Shown here: positions 48,866-64,000 of the stretch, in pieces
How the letters are laid out: every line of letters begins with the position of its first letter
How positions within the stretch are numbered: position 1 is the first letter of the stretch
DNA from: the human T2T-CHM13v2.0 reference genome, Homo sapiens
Reading direction: 5' to 3' (one strand)
Length of the DNA: 64,000 nt
NCBI RefSeq assembly: GCF_009914755.1
Contig: NC_060925.1
The notes under the pieces: generated by a model
The model's database searches: none
What the model saw: only the letters and a program-made list of their open reading frames with translations
What the model was told of the DNA's origin: nothing
Made by a program: the position numbers and the translations under genes

Positions 48866-49382
48866 TCACTCCCTGGCTGCTGACTGGGTGCTGACACCCT
48901 AGGGCAACTGGGCAGGGTAGGGTCTCTGGGGCTGGGTCTCTGCAGGAGCGCCTGGAGCAGAGCCCCACGCCCACTGTCACCTCCTCCCGAGCTGAGGCCT
49001 ACGTGAGAACGAACACGTCTCTGGAGTTCAGCACTGGGATTTCGGGGTTTATCTGTTACAACAGATGGTGTCACCTCAACCAATACAGGTTCTTGATTGA
49101 AGTAACTTGAGAGGCACCCCCTCTCCCAGTCATCCTCCATCGGTGCTGCCAAAGGGGGAAAGGCCACGGGAGATGTTCGAGCTCAGGGCCTTGGTCCCCA
49201 CCTCCCTGCCATGAATTCTGCAAGGAAAGCGCTGCTCGCGGGTGGGCCTTCTCTGGCCACATCCTCCCTGATCAGGCCATGCTGGCCAGTCCTCCAGATA
49301 GGATCCATGTTCCTGCCCCAGCCTCCAGCCCTATGTCGAGACCTGAGGGTTGGGGGTGGGATCACAGGCAACCACTCGTGAC

Positions 49383-54076
<4,694 letters not shown>

Positions 54077-54389
54077 GGCTGGGCACCGCGACGGGGTAGG
54101 GAGGTGACAGAATGCTGAGAGCAGGGAGTGGGAAGGGGAGTGACAGTACCAAGCCGGGCCTGTGATCCCTCTTAACTGCCCTCTGACTCTCCCGGGGGGC
54201 CCCAGAAAGTGCAGTCCCTCAGCCGCCTCTCTCCTTCGCAATGCTCCCTGGGGATAGTCATCCCATTACTGCCCATGGAGGGTATTCACACAGCCCCTCT
54301 CCCCTTGTCACCTCCGGGGGTCAGACAGCCCCGCTTCTCCTCTACCTTCTAGATCCCGACTCCCAGGGCTACCTAGCCCTCCCCGTCAG

Positions 54390-54645
54390 CAGTCCCGGCG
54401 GCGAACCGACCTGGGTGCCGAAGGCCCCTTTAAACGCCCACCCGCACTCCCGCCGCCCCAGCCCGCCGGGCCCGCTTCCGCCCCGCCTGCGTCCGCCTTC
54501 TGCGCGTGCTGGCAGCTCCGGCGCAGGTGCGCGCGGCGCATGTGCGGAGGTTGTTGCCATGGAGACGCCGGAGGTTGGGTTGGGCGGGTTCCGGGAGGCG
54601 TTCGTCCCTCCTACAACGTCCGCAGCCTGCGCCGCGCGGTGGCTC
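54390..54645. promoter_or_regulatory. CPLANE2: CPLANE2 CpG-island promoter with X-box, NRF1-like, ETS and GC-box motifs
   Basis: CpG-dense; GTTGCCATGGAGAC at 54553-54566; GCGCATGTGCG at 54536-54546; CTTCCG and CCGCCC nearby. Confidence 0.8.
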
Positions 54646-55508
54646 TGGACTAGGCCTTTTCCTCTGGGTTGTGGATCCTCTTCTCTATGACTCCGTCCGA
54701 TCCCTAGTCTTTCTTCCAAAACATCATGAAACCCCCCCTCCAGGAGCCTTTCATGCTTCTCTGTGTCTCAGTTTCCTCTTCTATAACGTGGACGTAACAT
54801 GTTATTCCCTCCATAGCAGTGCTCCATATGTTTAGTTATGATTGTTGCTATTATTAATATTATTGCTCTATTAATCCTGCTTGGCAGGACCTCTAGATGA
54901 CTTAAACATCTCTGGCTTCACTGATGGGGACACACACCAGCTCAGAGAGGTCAAGGGACTTGGCTCAAGTTTTAAAAAATGAGTCAGAGGCCCGCTGGAT
55001 TGTATTTTTCATTCATTCATTCATTCAACAAATACTGAGCACCTAGCTGGGAATACAGTGGCCAACAAGAAGTCCCTGCTCTCCTGGAGCTGACTTTTCA
55101 GCTCTGAAACTCTGAGCTCCTCTCCACCGTTCCAGCACTGGACACCAGGCCTGTTACCCAGAAGGTGGGTGCTCAGTAAATGCCCACTGGTTGGAAAGAG
55201 TGCAGGTGGGTCATTACTGAGAGTTTGTCTATTACATTTAATTTTTACCATTATCTTTCCGCAATGCCTTCAAGTAGGGCAAATCACTGTTTTGAAAGGA
55301 ATAATTTAGGAGTTAAGCTTTACCTAAGGCCACCCAAGTGCCAGACAGTGGGGACTTTACAGGGGTCACCTGATTTAATTCTATAAACAAACCTGTGTAA
55401 ATAGTATTACCCTCTTGTACTGACGAAGACTCTCAGAAACATAACGTGACTTGTCTGAGGTCACACCGCACAGCTAGTCAGTGTGAAACCGACTCAGAAC
55501 CCACAGCT

Positions 55509-55815
<307 letters not shown>

Positions 55816-56364
55816 GAACCCACACTTACCTGACTCTAAAGTACTTATCTGTTCTGCCAGTTTGGGTTTTGTGTTTTTAAAACTTTGCCCCTAGCCACTA
55901 GGAGGGCTGTTCCTAGGGAAGCAGAAAGCAGCCAGAGGACTACGAACTCACAGATTTTTAAGGCCCATTATGTCTAAGAGAGGGGATGAGGATGTGTAAG
56001 ACAAGGTGCTTTCTCTCAACTTGCTCACGCTGTGGCTAGGCAGAAAAACCAGATGAATAACCATTCCTACAGGATTCTGCAGGTGGAATCCTTTGCCCAT
56101 ACTCCCAGGTCACATGGTTCCCATTCCTGCAGCTGTCACATCTGCCCAGTCAGGGAGATTCACAGCTGTCCAGAGCTCTCTCCATGGGCCAGGAGTCACT
56201 CAGTGGCAGGGCTCTGATCTGAATTATTTCTGGATTTCCAGACTTCACATCCACCCATCTTTGGCTCGTGGAGGGCTCAGTGAGCGTGTGAGAAAATGAA
56301 GCAACTTGGCAGAATGAACGTGCCTGTTAATCTGCAACCCAGAGAAGATGTAAAGTCCTCTTGG

Positions 56365-56780
56365 GGCCATGTGCGGTGGCTCACGCCTGTAATCCCAGCA
56401 CTTTGGGAGGCTGAAGCTGGTGGACCACTTGAGGTCAGGAGTTTGAGACCAGCCTGGGTAACATGGCAAAACCTTATCCCTAAAAATATACAAAAAAATG
56501 GCTGGGCGCGGTGGCTCACGCCTGTAATCCCAGCACTTTGGGAGGCTGAGGCGGGCAAATCACCCGAGGTCAGGAGTTCAAGACCAGCCTGGCCAACATG
56601 GTGAACCCTGTCTCTACTAAAAATACAAAAATTATCTGGCTGTGATGGCAGGCGCCTGTAATCCCAGCTACTCTGGAGGTTGAGGCAGAAGAATCGCTTG
56701 AACCTGGGAGGTGGAGGTTGCAGTGAGCAGAATCATATCACTGCACTCCAGCCTGGGTGACAGAGCTGAATAAATAAAAT
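56365..56780 (+). mobile_element. Alu left monomer plus full Alu
   Basis: Tandem Alu sequences. Confidence 0.85.
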
Positions 56781-56784
56781 TATG

Positions 56785-57398
56785 TATTCAGTGGAAGGCT
56801 GATCAAGGACTCAAAAGAATGCAATCTTTTGTCTCCTATCTACTTTTTTTTTTTTTGAGACAGAGTCTCACTCTGTCGCCCAGGCTGGAGTGCAGTGGCA
56901 CAATCTCGGCTCACTGCAACCTCTGCCTCTGAGGTTCAAGTGATTCCCCTGCCTCAGCCTCCCAGGTAGCTGGGACTATAGGCATGCCCCACCATGTCCG
57001 GCTAATTTTTGTTGTTGTTGTATTTTAGTAGAGACGGGGTTTCACCATGTTGGCCAGGATGGTCTGGATCTCCTGACCTCATGATCCGCCCACCTCAGCC
57101 TTCCAAAGTGCTGGGATTATAGGCATGAGCCACTGCACCTGGCCTTGTCTCTTATGTATTTCTAACCTGGAAGCCCCTGCTTCAAGCTGTCCTGTCTTAC
57201 CAGACCAAACCAATGTACATCTTACACATATTGATTGAGGTCTCATGTCTCCCTAAAACTTAAATGCAAACTGTACCCCTGACCACCTTGGGTATATGTC
57301 TCAGGATTTCCTGAGGCTGTCACGGGCACATCCTTAACCTTGGCAAAATAAACTTTCTAAATTGACTGTGACCTGTCTCAGATATTTGGGGTTCACAC
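56785..57398 (+). mobile_element. MER4-type ERV1 LTR 3' part interrupted by an antisense Alu (56844-57144)
   Basis: accaatgtacatcttacacatattgattga...aaataaactttctaaattgactgtgacctgtctcagatatttggggttcaca. Confidence 0.7.
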
Positions 57399-57490
57399 AT
57401 CCAACCCCGACATTCTGTGTCAGGGGCTGGGTAGGTCTGTGAGCCTGCAGATTTGACAAAAGCACTAGGCAGTTCTGAAGTTGGGGTCTA

Positions 57491-58905
<1,415 letters not shown>

Positions 58906-59162
58906 AGGGTCCACAGACCTCATGTAAACACTGCTGCTGGGCAAAGGAGGCCAGCTGACTGTTGGGACCTGAAAGTGACATGGTTAGAACTGCGTTTCAG
59001 AAGGACGCTTGTGGACCGTGTTGGTCTATGAGTTCTGCTCTCCTGTGCCCCTCTGACCACTAAACTATGTGTCCCCCTAAGCCAGCTGCTTCTCCTTTCA
59101 GGGCCTCAAGCAAAACATGTAGAACATCTCCCTAAGGACTCTTCTAGTCTAGAGCCCTCTGA

Positions 59163-59462
<300 letters not shown>

Positions 59463-60739
59463 TAGAGCCCTGTGATTAATCCACTCATTTCTTCTTGGTT
59501 TGGTCTCCCCACAAATATTTATTAAAAACCTCTTGGACAAGGTCCCCACAAGACCTTGAGAGGACTCCACAAGGCAGGGACACAGTCACCAACTTGACAG
59601 AGTGGATGGGAGGCCCAGGTGGGCAGACACACAGGCCGAGCTGGGGTGAGAATGAGGCATGGAGAGCCCTGCCTGAGGATCCTGGGTAGGTGTGGGGCGG
59701 GAGGTCAGCTAGGACACCAGGCTTAAAATCCTCTTGGCTCCTAGAATAACACCCACCCCTCCCTCAGCATGGCCTGGCACCAGGAGTGCTCCACTCCCAC
59801 CTGGAATGCTTGCTCTGCCTCCTAGCAGTCCTTCCACCAGGCTCACTGGCTTTAGGCCATTCTCCAAGCTGGAGCCACAGCCAGTTAATCAAGTCAGGTC
59901 AAGGGCACCAGCCTCGCCACCAAGCTCAGTGGTCAATTCTCCATCCTCAGATCACCTGACCCTGGGATCATTCCCAGGTGACTGGATGGATGGTGGTGCC
60001 CCTAACTGTGGGGGAAGCATGGAGGAAGCGCACAGGGTCAGAGGAGGAGCCCCTGGGGAGTGAGGGAGGGTGGGGGGCTGCCCAGAGAGGACACACTCAC
60101 AGCAGATGTTGGAATGTAAAGCGCAGGTGAGCGGCCTGAGTGAAGCTGGACATTACTGACGGCGGAGGGACCAAGCCTGAAGCAATGGGTGTAGACAGAT
60201 GAGAGGTCCGGATGCTGTGGACAGACAGCAGAGCCTTGGATGCCACCTGGGCAATGACAACGACGAGGTCAGACCCAGGAGAGGCAGAAGAACCGGAAAC
60301 CCCCTCCTCCAGCCCGCCCTGAGGCTCATGTTTGGTGTGCAGGGAGGCTTGCCCAAATCCCAGGGAAGCATGGCTGGGGAGCGATGCTACTCCTTGGACG
60401 CCATCTCTTGTGGGCCTTCTGCTGCAGAGAGCACTCTGCTCTGTGCCTCTGCCGTGGCCCCAGCCATGCGGTCCTAAGTGTTGTCTTCCCACTACGGATT
60501 CCGCTCGGGAGCTCCTTTCCCATTACATCTGAGGGGATGACCTCTGGCCATCAAGTCCACATGGGTCACCCTCCATTGTCCTCAGCCCTGACCACTGGCA
60601 GCTGCGGCTTATAGGCTTATCAAGACCCTGCATTACTGACTGCCAGAAGCGAGGCCTAGACCCCACCCATCTGGGATGCCCCAGATAGGTTCTATCCTCA
60701 TCTGCCCCCCTGCCACAGGTTAGCAGGACGAGGCCAAGT

Positions 60740-61110
60740 GCCATGATCTGAACGTCCTGCCAGATTCACATGTTGAAGTTTAATCACCACTGTGACAGTA
60801 TTAACAGGTGGGGCCTTCAGGGAATGACTAAGTCATGAGGGCAGAGCCCTCACGATGGGATTAGTGATGTTATGGAAAGGCGTGAGGGGCCAGTTCATCC
60901 CATCCACGGTGTGAAGACACAGCCTTCACGATGGAGCAGCAACAAGGCAATGTCTTGGAAGTGGAGACTGGGCCCTCACCAGACACCAAGCTTGATGGTG
61001 CCTTGAGCTTGGACTTCTAAGCCCCCAGAAATGTGGGAAATACATTTCTGTTGCTTATAAATCACTCAGTCTGTGGTATGGTATATAGCAGCACAAGGGA
61101 ACTAAGACAC
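60740..61110 (+). mobile_element. MSTD/MLT1A-like MaLR LTR
   Basis: cagattcacatgttgaagtttaatcacc...ttataaatcactcagtctgtggtatggtatatagcagcacaagggaactaagaca. Confidence 0.7.
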
Positions 61111-62653
61111 CAAAGCAAAGAGAAGGCTAACTTCTTGGCTTCTGGCTTCCCGAACAACTGTCCCAGCCCTGGGTGGCTGCACTGGTTGCAGATGGTTCTA
61201 CTGACTCCATCCTCTTTGGTATCTTTTTAGTATGATACCTGGATTGTCTTTTGACCTTAGAATCTCAGGATTTGTCATTTTTGTTTAGCCCATGTGACAC
61301 CTCCCTGGTTTGTGATTAGGCTGTAAGCTCCTTCATGGGTGGGCCTCTTTTGTGTCTTGTGTGTGTCCCAGTGCCTCGGGGGTCACAGATGCTCAGGGAA
61401 TGCTTGCTGAGAGTGAATAGTCTCCCAGTCAGTTCCAGGTGTTCTAGGCCTTGTCAACGGGCCACAGCCCATGTCCTCGGGCAGGAGCATCCTCCCTCTC
61501 CCCAGGCTTCTGCTGGAAAGGAGCCCTCCTTCTCTTCCTTGCAGTAGGTGGGCAGACAGGCTCCCTGGTGGGTGCAGAACACACTCTGCTAGGACTTTTT
61601 GGCATTTACTTAAGACATGGGCTTGGCTTTGTGCATTCCGACAGGCTCTGGACCCAGAGCCCAGCCCCATGAGAAAGACGGTAATTTTCCCACAGCTGAG
61701 GGCTGGGGAAGGAAAGGCAGGTAGGCCAGCTGGAGGATGGTACTTGAAACAAGGCAGGGGCCAGGGACGGGTGCCCCCCAGGCTTAACTGACAGAGGGAG
61801 GGGAGAAACAGGCAAGCATTTTCTTACTCCTGCCCATCTGCTTTCTTTCTCAAGACTGCCTCCGACAGATCGCCCAAGCACACTTGAAGCCTTTCACAGG
61901 GTGCCCTCAGGTGGCCTTTTGGGGAATCACACCCATCCAATGGATTAAACGATTCTTGGCTGGTTCCAGCTAAGTTGCTAACCTGTGAGGCTGGCTGCCA
62001 TCATTGCCATTTTACTGATAAAATTGAGGCTCAGTGAGGCAGGATGACTTGCTCCAGCTCAAAGTGACAGTCAGCTCCTGAACCTAGGTCTGCCCTGTCC
62101 TACTGCCTCTAAGTCCCTTCTGAGTCCACAGAACTACGTCTCAAAAAATTGAAATGGCATCAAGCGTTTCCTTGGTTCCAATCTTGATCTGATGCATCTC
62201 TGTTATTTCCTCCCATGCAGGTGGTCAGACCCTGTTTGAACACTTCCAGCCGTGGGCAAATCATCACCTCACACAGCATCCACTGACATGCTGGCAGTGT
62301 TTGTGGGAAGAGAAGTAGTAAAGCCACTGAGACCAGAAGGTGGAACTTAGCTGGGAGTCTCTCCTTGGCCTGGGGGAGGTGAAAAGGCACAGAGCACTAA
62401 GACCCAGTCATGTGCGGCAGCACCACGCAGAGGCCAGCCTGCAGGATTTTCACGGGCAAAATTTTGGTGGATGCTTCCTCTCCTGCCTGGACGTGGGGGT
62501 GCTCAAAGCCTACCACTTCTAGGAACCTTTCTCAGGCCTCACGGGAGGAGTAATGAAGGCAAAACCTTGGGCTGAGGTGCTGATTCCTGCACTGTCTCCC
62601 CTTCCCCAGGCAGATTTTCAATTTACACCCGAATGTGCATAGGCCTCTGGCCC

Positions 62654-63105
<452 letters not shown>

Positions 63106-63547
63106 TAGAAGCAACTACATTTACAGATGAGGAAGCTTGTATCCAAGGTTAAGTAGTAAGTAGGGAAAAGCAGGATTAAGCCATAGGCCTTCGGAGCTTC
63201 GGGACTGCGTTCCAAACCATCATCTGCTGTGCCTCTTCATGCCCCTGGGGCCCTGTGTCTTCATCTTTGCTTAGGGGGCCAGGGAAGATGCAAATGTCGT
63301 CCTGGCCCCTGGGCCTCTGCTCCAAGCTCATGACCACTCTTGGATGTCCATTGCAGGCTGGTACTGAGGCTCTGAAACACCAAGCCCTTCAAGCGTGATG
63401 GAGGGAGCTGGTTTATTATTAAATGGCATTGTCCCCAAGGAGTGGCAACTCTCCACCTCTCCATGAAAACACAACCTCCTAGAGAAGGTATCTCTTTCCA
63501 ACTACTGTGCCTTCAATCTCCAACCTCAATTGTTTCCCATCAAGACA

Positions 63548-64000
<453 letters not shown>

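Noticed and set aside
54077-54241. 55-codon N-terminal extension of CPLANE2 in the ORF track
   Set aside because: It starts at TTG rather than ATG, while the ATG at 54076 has strong Kozak context and gives the expected 258 aa.

Overview
Human (primate) Alu-rich, GC-rich genomic DNA, recognised as the 1p36.13 ARHGEF19-ANO7L1-CPLANE2 locus. All genes lie on the minus strand. (1) ARHGEF19 (WGEF/ephexin-2, DH-PH-SH3 RhoGEF): 15 coding exons were read by hand from ATG 26384 to TGA 15935, totalling 2409 nt = 802 aa, all with GT-AG introns. (2) A multi-exon anoctamin (TMEM16) pseudogene, ANO7L1, at about 33.8-45.7 kb. Nineteen exon remnants carry nonsense codons, frameshifts and dead splice sites. 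(3) CPLANE2/RSG1, an atypical ciliary Rab-like GTPase: 5 coding exons, 777 nt = 258 aa, with a U12-type last intron and an RFX X-box in its CpG promoter. (4) A processed MT1X pseudogene nested with Alus inside an MLT1 LTR. The rest is Alu, L1, MaLR/ERV LTR, Tigger/MER and simple repeats. Most listed ORFs are Alu-derived or chance. The most notable signal is that ANO7L1 looks like an ancient lost anoctamin paralogue rather than a recent ANO7 copy. Gene names, reference protein comparisons and repeat family names come from recall, not from a search. Repeat boundaries are approximate.
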